Source: Octopus bimaculoides
Taxonomy: Eukaryota
NCBI RefSeq assembly: GCF_001194135.2
Contig: NC_068990.1
Location: forward strand, 179,098 to 243,027
Direction of reading: 5' to 3'
Length of the DNA stretch: 63,930 nt
Shown here: positions 24,788 to 38,500 of the stretch, in pieces
Position numbering within the stretch: the stretch's first letter is position 1
How the letters are laid out: every line of letters starts with the position of its first letter
Program-made: the position numbers and the translations under genes
The notes under the pieces: generated by a model
Databases searched by the model: none
Seen by the model: the letters and a program-made list of their open reading frames with translations, nothing else
What the model was told of the DNA's origin: nothing

Positions 24788-27700
24788 GTCAGTTGATGCC
24801 ATTTCTATCTTTTTTATATTTTGTCATCTCTCTCTCTGTATCCCTTTATCTCTCCCTCTGTATCCCTTTATCTCTCCCTCTGTATCACTTTATCTCTCTC
24901 TTTGTATCACTTTATCTCTCTTTCTGTATCCCTTTATCTCTCCCTCTGTATCCCTTTATCTCTCCCTCTGTATCCCTTTATCTCTCCCTCTGTATCCCTT
25001 TATCTCTCCCTCTGTATCCCTTTATCTCTCTCTCTGTATCCCTTTATCTCTCCCTCTGTATCCCTTTATCTCTCCCTCTGTATCCCTTTATCTCTCCCTC
25101 TGTATCACTTTATCTCTCTCTTTGTATCACTTTATCTCTTTCTGTATCCCTTTATCTCTCTCTCTGTATCCCTTTATCNNNNNNNNNNNNNNNNNNNNNN
25201 NNNNNNNNNNNNNNNNNNNNNNNNNNNNNNNNNNNNNNNNNNNNNNNNNNNNNNNNNNNNNNNNNNNNNNNNNNNNNNNNNNNNNNNNNNNNNNNNNNNN
25301 NNNNNNNNNNNNNNNNNNNNNNNNNNNNNNNNNNNNNNNNNNNNNNNNNNNNNNNNNNNNNNNNNNNNNNNNNNNNNNNNNNNNNNNNNNNNNNNNNNNN
25401 NNNNNNNNNNNNNNTTTCTGTATCCCTTTATCTCTCCCTCTGTATCCCTTTATCTCTCCCTCTGTATCCCTTTATCTCTCCCTCTGTATCCCTTTATCTC
25501 TCCCTCTCTATCCCTTTATCTCTCTATGTGTCCATTTATCTCTCCCTCTGTATCCCTTTATCTCTCCCTCTTTATCTCTCCCTCTGTATCCCTTTATCTC
25601 TCCCTCTGTATCCCTTTATCTCTCCCTCTGTACCACTTTATCTCTCCCTCTGTATCCCTTTATCTCTCTCTCTGTATCCCTTTATCTCTCCCTCTATCCC
25701 TTTATCTCTCCCTCTATCCCTTTATCTCTCCCTCTGTATCCATTTATCTCTCCCTCTGTATCCATTTATCTCTCACTCTGTATCCCTTTATCTCTCCCTC
25801 TGTATCCCTTTATCTCTCCCTCTGTATCCCTTTATCTCTCTCTGTATCCCTTTATCTCTCCCTCTGTATCCCTTTATCTCTCCCTCTGTATCCCTTTATC
25901 TCTCCCTCTGTATCCCTTTATCTCACTCTCTGTATCCTTTTATCTCTCTCTCTCTCTCTCTGCATCCCTTTATTTCTCCCTCTGTATCCCTTTATCTCTC
26001 TCTCTGTATCCCTTTATCTCTCCCTCTGTATCCCTTTGTCTCTCTCTCTGTATCCCTTTATCTCTCCCTCTGTATCCCTTTATCTCTCTCTCTCTGTATC
26101 TCTTTATCTCTCCCTCTGTATCCCTTTATCTCTCTCTCTGTATCCNNNNNNNNNNNNNNNNNNNNNNNNNNNNNNNNNNNNNNNNNNNNNNNNNNNNNNN
26201 NNNNNNNNNNNNNNNNNNNNNNNNNNNNNNNNNNNNNNNNNNNNNNNNNNNNNNNNNNNNNNNNNNNNNNNNNNNNNNNNNNNNNNNNNNNNNNNNNNNN
26301 NNNNNNNNNNNNNNNNNNNNNNNNNNNNNNNNNNNNNNNNNNNNNNNNNNNNNNNNNNNNNNNNNNNNNNNNNNNNNNNNNNNNNNNNNNNNNNNNNNNN
26401 NNNNNNNNNNNNNNNNNNNNNNNNNNNNNNNNNNNNNNNNNNNNNNNNNNNNNNNNNNNNNNNNNNNNNNNNNNNNNNNNNNNNNNNNNNNNNNNNNNNN
26501 NNNNNNNNNNNNNNNNNNNNNNNNNNNNNNNNNNNNNNNNNNNNNNNNNNNNNNNNNNNNNNNNNNNNNNNNNNNNCTTTATCTCTCCCTCTGTATCCCT
26601 TTATCTCTCCCTCTGTATCCCTTTATCTCTCCCTCTGTATCCCTTTATCTCTCCCTCTGTATCCCTTTATCTCTCTCTCTGTATCCCTTTATCTCTCTCT
26701 CTGTATCCCTTTATCTCTCTCTCTGTATCGCTTTATCTCTCCCTCTGTATACCTTTATCTCTCTCTCTGTATCGCTTTATCTCTCTCTCTGTATTGCTTT
26801 ATCTCTCTCTCTGTATCCCTTTATCTCTCCCTCTGTATCCCTTTATCTCTCCCTCTGTATCCCTTTATCTCTCTCTGTATCCCTTTATCTCTCCCTCTGT
26901 ATCCCTTTCTCTCTCCCTCTGTATCTCTTTATCTCTCCCTCTGTATCCCTTTATCTCTCCCTCTGTATCCCTTTATCTCTCCCTCTGTATCCCTTTATCT
27001 CTCCCTCTGTATCCCTTTAACTCTCCCTCTGTATCCCTTTATCTCTCTGTATCCCTTTCTCTCCCTCTGTATCTCTTTATCTCTCCCTCTGTATCCCTTT
27101 ATCTCTCTCTCTTTATCCCTTTATCTCTCCCTCTGTATCCCTTTATCTCTCCCTCTGTATCCCTTTATCTCTCTCTCTGTATCCCTTTATCTCTCTCTCC
27201 TTATCCTTTTATCTCTCCCTCTGTATCCCTTTATCTCTCCCTCTGTATCCTTTTATCTCTCCCTCTGTATCCCTTTATCTCTCTCTCTCTGTATCCCTTT
27301 ATCTCTCTCTCTGTATCCCTTTATCTCTCCTTCTGTATCCCTTTATCTCTCCCTCTGTATCCCTTTATCTCTCCCTCTGTATCCCTTTGTCTCTCTCTCT
27401 TTATCCCTTTATCTCTCCCTCTTTATCCCTTTATCTCTCCCTCTTTATCCTTTTATCTCTCCCTCTATATTTCTTTATCTCTCCCTCTGTATCCCTTTAT
27501 CTCTCTCTCTCTCTATCCCTTTATCTCTCCCTCTTTATACCTTTATTTCTCCCTCTATATTTCTTTATCTCCCAATCTTTATTTTTACTTCTTTTTCTGC
27601 TACATTTTCATTCTTTCTTCTGTTTTTTTCCCCATATCTTTCACACATTTTTTTGTTGTTATTGTTGGTGTTTTTATGATAAATTGGCTGTGAGTCTAGT

Positions 27701-30700
27701 CCAAGAAATTACTATATAAATGCAATGTTCACCAAGACCCTGTTTTCAATCTCCTCCTCTTAGTTCACAAGGTATTTCTGGTGTAGTTCAATACTGAATG
27801 TCAGTAGTAACTGATGGTCTCTGAAGGATTTAATAGAAAAATTACAATATTGGTTTGAAGCATGGAAAAAAAAATCTACTTGATTCAGAAACTCTGGATA
27901 TGAACATTGCTAAGAGTAAAACTTACTAACTTGATGATGGCAAGAGTTATAAGAGCTGAAGAGTATCAGAGGAGTAGTCTTATAGATAGAAGAGTATACA
28001 GGATCATTTTATGTAATTAGTAAAACAAGTTATGTTGCTGCTGCTCCTCCTCCTCCTCCTTGTTGTAGGTCAGTGTTGACTGTTCCTGTTCAGTAATCAT
28101 CTCTGTCAGACTCTCATGTGGGGTACCAGGCCTGCTCTTGATTGGCAACAGTGATGGCATCTGATGCAACAGAGAAGTGATGCCTCTCAGGTGCTTTTTT
28201 TATTTCTCTCTTGCTTTTCCTCAATGGCGAGAGTAACGAGCTTCAATGATCAGTGCCACTCATTATGCTGCAGGGCCTTCTCCTCCCGTACCGGAGTTCT
28301 TTATATGTCTTTTCACTCAAAGTTCAGAGGCGAATGCAATCTGTTACAAAGGCTTTTGCCTCTCTCAAGAAGTGTCTCTGGAGTTGCCATGACATCACCT
28401 GCAACACGAAGATAAAAGTGCACCGTGCTGCAGTGCTCCTTTGCCTGGTCTGTGCCGCAGAATGCTTTACCTTGTGCTGCAGCCATGTCACAGTCCTAGT
28501 GTGAGTCCAACTTCATCATCTGCTCTCCATCTTGCATATCAGATTGCAGGATTGCATTCCTGACAAGTTATGCAGTGTGTGTGTGTGTTGAGTTCCCTTT
28601 CACTTGTTCACTCACTCATTCATATATACACACACACAAAATATATATTTGGTGGAATTCCTAACAGGTGCTAGGGAACCAGAATATTAAATGTACCAGA
28701 TGTACTGATGTCTATGATATAGTATGATGTTATGCACTGTCTGTCTGTTCTAATGAATGCTTAGGTTACAGGCTAGAGAGGGGAAATCAGTGTTGGTGGA
28801 GCAGTCAATGGAGCTCCAAAATATGCTTTCTCTGTGTTTATTTGTTTTTGTTTTCTATGTTAGCAATGATTGGACAAATACTCATTGAGATATTGGTTTA
28901 TCCTTCCTGTTAGTAACCCTTTGTGAGTAAGGGTTTTTAAGAAAATTCTGCTAGAAAGTACAGAACTAGAGGATTTTAATAGGGAATATCAACATAACTT
29001 CAAGGTTTTTTAATCAACACTTCATGCAAGGACACAGACTGTAAGCATTTTAAATGAGCACATGCATGCACACACATACACACACACAGCAAGCTTCCAT
29101 ATGATTTTAACCAACCAGTTCCATTTACAAGGTATTGGTCAACCTGAGACTACAGTTGAAGACACTTGTCCAAGGTGTTGTACAATGAGATTGAACTTGA
29201 GACTGCATAGTAACAAAGCAAGCTTCATATTCACCCAGCGATACCTGTACCTTTCTCTTCTCTACAGAAAATACATTGTAGAAAACACATTGTATAAGAA
29301 CTGTGTTGCTGTGTAGCAATGAAATAGTAAATGTTGGGGAAGTTGAAAGTTTTGCATTGAATGTGTTTCATTTTAGTGGATGTACAGTGTTAATTCTGGA
29401 AATTTTAATTGTGAGTTAACCCCTTTGTTACCATATTTCTGTTGAGATGATCTGTGTTTATTTCAATTACTTTTAAATATAACAAAGAATTTAGTAAAAT
29501 AACTTAGTTATCATTAAGCTAGTGTTAGGAACATAAATTGTGACGAAGGTTTGGTGGAAGATTTTAATTCAGAACTTTCGAAAACAAAACTACAGAGCCA
29601 GAGACGGTTTCAGGCGGGTTGGCACCAAAAGGGTTAAAAAATGTCACTGACTATCAGTTGCATTGACTGATGGATTCAAGAGCAACGCTTGCATTGATAA
29701 GGATGGTGTAGGGCATTCTAAGTAAATAAGATGTAAAGTAAGAGAAGCAATAAGTATTATTAGTACAGTGGCTTTTATGCAATAATAAATGTTTGGTGAA
29801 TTATGTTCATGGCTTATTTGTTTAGAAAACCTTGCCATCTTCTTATCTGTAGAACTAATTTTTACATGCAATTAAGTTAAGATACTGTAGATAGGAAAGA
29901 GAACAGGACCGGATGCTTTCAGCTATCTAGTTTGGTTCTTTGCTGTTCTAAGTTCAAATCCTATTGTGACAGTCTCTTTCGCTTTTCATCTCTTCCAAAT
30001 CGTTGAGTTGTTATGTGTTTGGATCAATTTAACTTATTACCTACAAAAATTGTAACTGAAGGAAAATAATTGTAGTGTGAATAATGTGCATGGCTCAGTG
30101 GTTAGTGTTGGACTCAAACTAGTGAGTTTGATTCTTGGACCAGGCTGTGTGTTATGTTCTCTACATTGCTCCGGTTCACTCAGCTGTGGAAATGAGTTGT
30201 GACGTCACTGGTGCCAAGCTATATCAGCCCCTTTGCCTTTCCTACCTGGACTTGTGCCTCTGAGTGTAACTTCCTTGGTGCAATCCCACGATCGACCATG
30301 ACTGAAGGGAGTCTTTACTTTTTAATCTGACTTAAAAAGTTTCATACTTTTAAGACTTTTTTTGCCTGGGTTTTGTTCAATTGTGAAGTTAAAGAGAATC
30401 TGTTACCAACACTTTTCAGCCCCAGTTTGCGTTACATATTTGTATTTTTGAATTTTCTGTTGAGATCATGTTTTGAAAGGTTCTGAAAATTTGAGGTCGG
30501 TATTTGATAAAATGCACCTAGTATATGCTGTAAAGTGATTGGTGGAAGTATGGGGACATCATAGGGGTTTGTCTAATGCTGGTGCCACTCCGTAAAATGG
30601 TTGGTATGAGGAAGAGTATAGTGCCATGGAGACCATGTCAAAATGAAAATGGACAAGTGAATTTGGATCCTTGTTACGTGTGTGTGTGTGGGGGGGGGGC

Positions 30701-33700
30701 GGTGGTGAGAGTAGCTTTAGTCAAGAACTAACTTGAACTCTGATGACCTGTTCAATCCATGCCAGCATGGAAATTGGATGCAAAATGATGATTTGTAGTA
30801 CTTTCTAAAGAACCATGTGAAAGTTTTATTTCCAATCACACAGATTTATATTGCGTTCTGGCTATTTAATATAGTTACAGATACAGCTGGTTACTCGGCT
30901 AACAACTAAATGTATTCCTTATTATTAACAATTTCACTATATTAAAACAAAGGAAAGTTAAAAAACAGGCATCACAGCTTTGAATGTTTAAAGTGTACAT
31001 GTATCAGTGTCTGAACAAATAAAGCTATTTCAACATAGTTCTGGGATCTTATACATATGTAGGAATGAGACCACCTGTTCCTGATTAGAGATAGAAGCAA
31101 TCAGAATATATACATATTTTAAATATATACACTAAAGATAAAGTTAACCGCTGCCAAACCCTAACCCTAACCTTGGATGTCACAGTTCTCTATTCACAAT
31201 GGAAACAGAATGTATTCATAATTCTGTAGATAGTTGTTTTCTTGCAGGAGTTTGTAAATTGTTTGTTGTTTTTTGGTATTGTTTTCTGAGCTCTCAGAAT
31301 GGCACTGGCAGTATCCTTGATAATCCCTTCTATAATCACTCAATCCAGCTGGGAAGTAACTGATGGCAACTTTTACTGAATTCAAAAACAGAGCAAATAA
31401 TATATCTTGGTGAGGACACACAAAAATTGGTTGTATCATGGCTTCATAGCTCTTGAAGCTAAAATTGCTGGTCTTCATTTTCCAATTCTGGGCTTTATGG
31501 GTTTTTGTTATTTTTTTTAGTATTTTTTCCTCATCTCTTTCATATTTGTAAATTTGGTCATTTGCTTATTGTTGGAGCATTTGTTTTGACTGTTTGATAT
31601 CATTGTAGACATAAGATAGCTCTAGGTATATTATGGTACCTCTAGGTATCCTATGACTACGTGATTTGTTTCAGACACTTGAGCATGTTACCATGATAAA
31701 TAACTGCCTAACTGACTCAGTAAAGTATGAGATATTTTGGCATTGTTACTTTAACACCGACTTATCTGACCTTTTCTCCTTTTAATCTTGGTCTCATTCT
31801 CTCTCCCATCCCATCTCTCTGCTTATGTGTGTAAGCATATTCTTTCTTTGTGTGTATAAGAGAGAAAGTGCTTGTGTTGGTCATGTTCAATTAACCCTAA
31901 CCCGTAATATGCCCATTAAAAATTTGAAGTCTTAGAATCTTCACCACTGTATTTAGATTAAATGTTATGGTAAGCTTTAACAATCTGGAAGAGAAGGAGA
32001 GTATGCAATTGTTAGCTGTGGGCATCGACTGCCTTCTGAACATTTCGTATGCCCAGTGAGATGCTTCCTGGCGTGTTCATGTCCAAACAAGTAGGAGCAG
32101 GTTTTGCATTGTGAAAACATAACCAGGGTCTATGTAGGTTAAGAAATTGTAATGTTTCTTTCATTCTTTGTGTGTATGTGTTTGCCTCTAGTGCCAAAAA
32201 ATACTTCACCAAAACAGATTCAGTGCCCACTCAGCTGTACCAAACCGTCAGTATCCAAATAATCATACCCCATTGTCTCATTGTAGACTCAATGCTGTAT
32301 AATACAACTGAGTGCAATGTATTTGTTAATGTTCTGTTACTAAAGATATTGAGTAACAATTTTTTGCAATACCTCCAAACACACAACTTTTACCTCAGCC
32401 ATTACCATCACAGCAATATATTGAAGGAGGGTAATAGACATGAATGATGTTATTTCACTTAGTCTTTTTTGGGTGGGAGTTTTAGAATTATCCTAATTTT
32501 GCAGAGTTCCCCAGTTCTAGGAATTCGATAGTGCTGACATGAGTAACCGTAGAAGTTGGTGAGTTCAGTGATTCATTCAGGCCCCTAACTGTTTCAGATG
32601 CATGGCATGCTGGGCGAAATGTTTAGCGGTATTTTGTATGTCTTTACATTCTGAGTTCAAATTCTGCTGAGGTCAACTTTGCCTTTCATCCTTTTGGGGT
32701 CGATAAACTAAGTACCAGTTGCATACTGGGGATCAATCTAATTGACTGGCCCCCTCCTCCAAAATTTCAGGCCTTATGCCTAGTGTAGAAAAGGATGTAT
32801 GATTGTTGTGATTTTGGCTGGGTCGGAGGCTTTTGAGTTTTTAATTTTCCATATTTGTTTTGGAGATGTCTGATGGGAGAAAAATAAGGGGGGGATCAAC
32901 ATTGTGGTTCAAGACGAAAGTTGAGCAGATTTTGCATAGGCATGGGTATGTGGTTAAGAAGATTGCTTTGCAACCACAAAGTTTGGGGGTTCAGTCCTCC
33001 TGTGCTGCACTTCTATTATAGCCCTAGGCTAACCAGTGTCCTGTAAGTGAATTTGATATTTGGAAACTGTGTTGCATTTACATGTGTGTGTATGTATCTG
33101 TTTGTGTTTGCCTCCCTCACTTGTTTACCAGGGTTGGTTTGTTTACATCCACTTTAACTTAGTGGTTTGGTAAAAGGGACCAGTAGAGAACAAATACCAG
33201 GTTAAAAAGAAAAGTACTTCATTTGATTAAAACCCTTCAGTAAAAGATAAAACAGTATTTTTGTCTTCTTAGTGTGTGTTTTGGAGGTTGTATTTTCAAG
33301 AAATATCTGATAAGGGGTACTTCCTTGCTGTTGCAGTGTGAGTATATTATTTTGAGGTCAGTAATGTAACACAAGAGTATGCTGTGACCCTTGTTGTTGA
33401 AGCTACTCTGGAGAGTGATTGACTATTACTTTAACGGTTTGTGTTAGATACAAATGGTTGCAGCGTAATTTTTTGGCTTTTGTTATTACCTTGTGTCATT
33501 GTTAGATGCTGAGTTTTATTTTAATTTTGTAGTTTTAGTGTTTTGTGTTTGAAGTTGTCTCTAGTTTTTATGACTTTCTTTCTGGGAGTTTTATTTTATC
33601 GGCAAAGTTTAAAACATGATCATCAGCAACAAATCTATTTTAGTGTTGGTGGTGGTTAATTAGCTCTTGATCAGACATGGCATTGAGCCTGTCTTTGTTC

Positions 33701-33841
33701 AAAGTTGTTTCAACTATGGTCTATCCCATCTCTACAGACTTAGTGTTCTTCCTTCAGGATATAATTTGAGGTACGTTTGGCAGATTGTTGTTGTTGTATA
33801 GCTTCAGATCGTACTTGATCAAAAGTTACCCAGCCATGCAG

Positions 33842-33880
<39 letters not shown>

Positions 33881-35467
33881 CATACATACATACATATACA
33901 CGCCCACCGTAAAAACCTATGTAATTTACGCACTTTTTCCACAAAAACAAAAATATACTTTAGTGGGTGCGTAAATTAGATGGCTAGATCATTCCCAGAA
34001 TTCTTTTAGAAATTTTTTTGGTTGAAAAATGACGTACAAATGTACATTTGTACCGAAAGTTGACTCATTTAATGTCAGAATAGGTTTTTACAGAAAAAAT
34101 ATAACGAAGTTGACTTTTATTTATGCTGGACGGTATAATGCTTACTTTTTCTGTATAAATTTACTAAAACCATTGNNNNNNNNNNNNNNNNNNNNNNNNN
34201 NNNNNNNNNNNNNNNNNNNNNNNNNNNNNNNNNNNNNNNNNNNNNNNNNNNNNNNNNNNNNNNNNNNNNNNNNNNNNNNNNNNNNNNNNNNNNNNNNNNN
34301 NNNNNNNNNNNNNNNNNNNNNNNNNNNNNNNNNNNGTCAGAATAGGTTTTTACAGAAAAAATATAACGAAGTTGACTTTTATTTATGCTGGACGGTATAA
34401 TGCTTACTTTTTCTGTATAAATTTACTAAAACCATTGAATGGTTAACTACTTTTTGAAGTTTGATGTTCATGCTGGTAATCACAATCCGGACCATATTTT
34501 ACTGCATTTAACACTGACAACTTCATAATTCATCCTTGTGCATGTAAACTCACTAAGTGAACGTGACTTAGTGTTCCTTCAGAAACCTTCACTTACCTTA
34601 TACTATGTTTAATATTGTTTCACATTCATGTTGAATTATGCAGCAATCTTATGTTCTCTTCATAGAACACTTGTAATGTATGTATTACCAGTTGTTTTGG
34701 TATAGAAGATTTTTGCTATTCTTGTTTATGTCTCCTCACAGACATGTATATTTTAACAAGTCGCTTCTTAAATTTCGCACCTCTTTTGTTCAATAAACAC
34801 TGAGTTAAACTTGCAAAGAAGTTTGCCTGACATTTTATAAGTGTGAAATGGATTAAAATTTCGATACTCCATATCAAAGGTTCCAACAAGAATAGGTGGA
34901 AAATCAGAGCTTGAGACAAGGAGACACTTTCGACCAATCAGAATTCTGTTTACATAATTACTTTGATTGGTTACCTTTCTCTGTCGGTTGAGTAAAGTGT
35001 CATCCAAGCTGATGTTTATTGGTAATTAAACTTGTGCATATTTATCAGCTTTGTTTTTGTTGATAAGAATTACCAACAACTTTTCCTGTGGCTGTGATTT
35101 GAGAAGACATACAGAAGTATGCTAAAGATCGGACCTCATCTCTTGTGGGCAAGAAATGTAAAATAAAGTTTATTATAAACAACACAAGCACTTTGTAATT
35201 TAATAGCTTTCAGTGTGAAACCTGTTAAACAAATTATTTTTATTTAATGAAAATTTAATAAAATCTAATCATAAGTAAGTGAAATTAAGCTAAATATAAC
35301 TAAATTGAAAACCTTTTCCCTCTTGCCAAATCAGCAATTCCAAAAACTTTTGGGTGCGAATTTTACACGAAGCTTTTTTTTTTTTTTTAAAACAATTTTT
35401 ATCCTGAAAATCACCTGTGTAAATTACACAGGTGCGCAAATTACGTGGGTTTTTATGGTATATATAT

Positions 35468-35503
<36 letters not shown>

Positions 35504-38500
35504 TATTGATGGAATAATCAGACTATCATTGGTTTCATGTTCAGAGATCTCTCTCTCAGCAATTTTTCAAGTCTGTCACACAGGATGTTGGTGTTCATCT
35601 CCATTTTGGATAAAAATACCAACATCCCATATGACAGACTTGAATAATTGTTGAGAGCTATCTCTCAACATGAAACCAATGGTAGTCTCATTATCCCACA
35701 AATACAGAATATTTACTCACCAATGAGGTGCTTCATTCATTCTCATCATTTGATCTCAATGCATGTGTGTGTGTGTGTGCACACAAAGTGCAAGTATGGC
35801 TAGATGCAGGCATGGCTGTGGGGTTAAGAACCTTGCTTTCCAGTCTTGTAGTTTTGGGTTCTGTCTCAATGTATGGCACCTTGGGCAAGTGTCTTCTGCT
35901 ATAGCCCAGGCCGGCCAAAGCTTTGTGAGTGGATTTGGTAGACAGATACTGAAAGAAGACTGTCATGTCTACATGCACGCATATGTGTTTCTGTATTCTC
36001 TTGCCTAGATATCCTGTGCATCATTATCATTTAAGTGAGGTCAATAGTTTTCATGATGGGGAATCATGTCTAGCTATGGGAAAATATTGCTTGAAAACAG
36101 GTGAAGGTTAGTGACAAAGAGGGCATCTGGTCCTAAAATATTAGCCACAACAAATTCCACTTGACCCATGCCAGCATGGGAAAGTGGATGTCAAATGATG
36201 ATGATGATGATGTGTCAAGGACTGTATTATTCAAGGTGTTCTTTTTGAAGATAAGTCATGACTTAAGGATGATTTGCTGTTTTTAGTAGAGAAGGAGCTG
36301 CTTTGGTTGTCTCCTCCCTCCCTTCCCCTAACCCTAACCCTAACCCTAACCCTTACTCATTTTGCACTTTCCTCCAGGCATGTACAGCATACTTTTGATA
36401 GAATACAAAAATTGAACGTGTAGTCTAATTGGTGATGATCTCTTTTATCATTCCAACTGCTCTATAATTGATGGAATATTGCAGTTCTGGTCCCTTTTTA
36501 TACTGTGTTCATAAAACATGTTCATTCCCTGGTCCACCTAGTCTCGAAATCTCATTCCTAAACTTGGTTGGCCAGGTGTAGCAAATCACATCTCTTTTCC
36601 ATGGATAAAGTCACTGCAAGTTGCATGCACAAAACATTCCCCCCAAACAGCTGAATTGGGGAATAAACTCTCTTGCCATTGTTCCCCCGGCTTCCTTTTT
36701 TTCTACAGAGACTGTAACCTTGATCTCTGTAAATTCAAGGTTAACTTGCCTAATACTGATGGTTTCCTTCACTTCAATATTTTCATTGCTTTTTTTTTTT
36801 TATTACCATCTCATTCATTTCATTTTATTAGCTATTTTATTTTCATCTGATTTATTGTATTCTATTGACACTACTTTTGTTCTTAGTTTTTTTATTTTTA
36901 TTACTCATCTTATTTTCCACTCTTTTATTTGTTATCTTAAATAATGCAGGTGTGCATGTGTGTGTTCAAATATTTGTTCATTTGCATTTCCATGCTAGCA
37001 GGGGTTACACAAATACATATTACTGAGGTTTTATCTTACAGCCAGATGCCCTTTCTTTTGTTAACTCTGGTTTTTCTAGTAAGAGAATATTTATTCTATA
37101 CATTTTCAAAAATGCTAAGCTATCAGATGATTTGTTGACAAAGAATTGTCAAATGGACTTTTAATTAAGCATGTGTTGCTTACCTTTTAAACATTGACAA
37201 ATCAATAGTAAATGTTCTGATTTTCCAAGGCTGTCTGAACTATGGGAACAAAAATGGATGACTAATACCATATATGTCAGTGTACAAGAAGGAATTTGAA
37301 ACTTAAAGATATCACCCTATATATCACCTAAAAATATCAAAGTAGGGGTCATCTTAAACACTAAGTATAAAATCCAAACCGTAACATGCTGTGGTTTAGA
37401 GTGTCACCAATGATGGCAGAGAACACCATAAAACATTTGCGTAGTTCCTATTGTCGCTAAAGAAGCCATTTGATATATATTATGGTAGGTAGTTGACAGT
37501 ATTGGAATGAACTGGTTAATTTTTTTTAATAACCAAGACTATTGCTTACTAGTGTGCTTAACAGTATCATTCCAGTGTTTAGTGGGATGCTTGGTAAAGG
37601 ACTATTTGAGACATTAAACTATTAGTGTATGAGGTAGAGTTTCAATATCATCCTTGTCACCAAGGAGAAACCATTGTAATCTTGGTAATCGTTATATCAC
37701 AGTAAGTTACAGACCCTTTGGGGGCCATCTCTGTGTAAGCTTTGTGGGTGGTAAAGTTAATTTATGATAAGTAGGTTACAAGAGTTTTTCTTTTTTTTGT
37801 TCAATGTATTATTAAAACCTTCTGGTAAAAAAACACTTGCCTGATAAGGATGATGTTCCAACAATTACAGAGATACTGGAACCTGCTTCACATACCTCTC
37901 AGACACTGCATCAAGAGTGAAATATTGCCACGTTGTTTTATTCTGTGAGTATAGCTCAAGGAAATTCTGCAGTTGTCTCCTACGCCCAATTAGCAATTAG
38001 CTTATACACTGGTATATATGGTAAAGGATGAGTAAAGTTCTGTTGAAATCAAATTTATCTATTTCCCAATCTCCACCACTTTTCTTTCATCTACTCTAAC
38101 TTATCACAAATTTAAATATTGTTTGTTAATTAATTTTCTTGTTTTGTTTTTAGGAATCAAAAATTTGGCTGGTGGAATCGTGGACCAATGGATGAAAAAA
38201 ATAAGGGAAAAGAGTAATCTCGATACTAGTAATGGTAAGAAGCATGAATGCCTCAGTCAGATTGTTGGCTGATCCAATAGAGACATTGGTTTTTGTTGGC
38301 AATTGAGACAATTTTTTTTTAATAATTTTTTTTTTTACTTTCTAAGGTCCATCAAGGGATTGATAGTAGTTAGCTTCTATTTAAGCTAATAAGAGTAAGC
38401 ATACACTGAAGGTTGGAACTGATTTGTATGAGTAGCTGAATGTAAAATTATAGATGGCTGAGGTTTAGGAAAATGTAAGTTAATTCTAAATAGGTTTTAT

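Noticed and set aside
24313-27693. 1126-aa ORF (and the 952-aa and 632-aa ORFs in other frames)
   Set aside because: Only 24603-24787 is protein-like and is bounded by splice sites. The rest is a stop-free minisatellite plus N runs, open in all three frames.
34075-34437. Exact ~100-bp direct repeat flanking a gap
   Set aside because: Identical sequence on both sides of an N run; probable assembly artefact or collapsed tandem repeat.
37350-38060. Faint Penelope-like RT similarity on the minus strand (FTLDAVS; TEMAP)
   Set aside because: Only isolated short motifs with no consistent spacing that I could verify.
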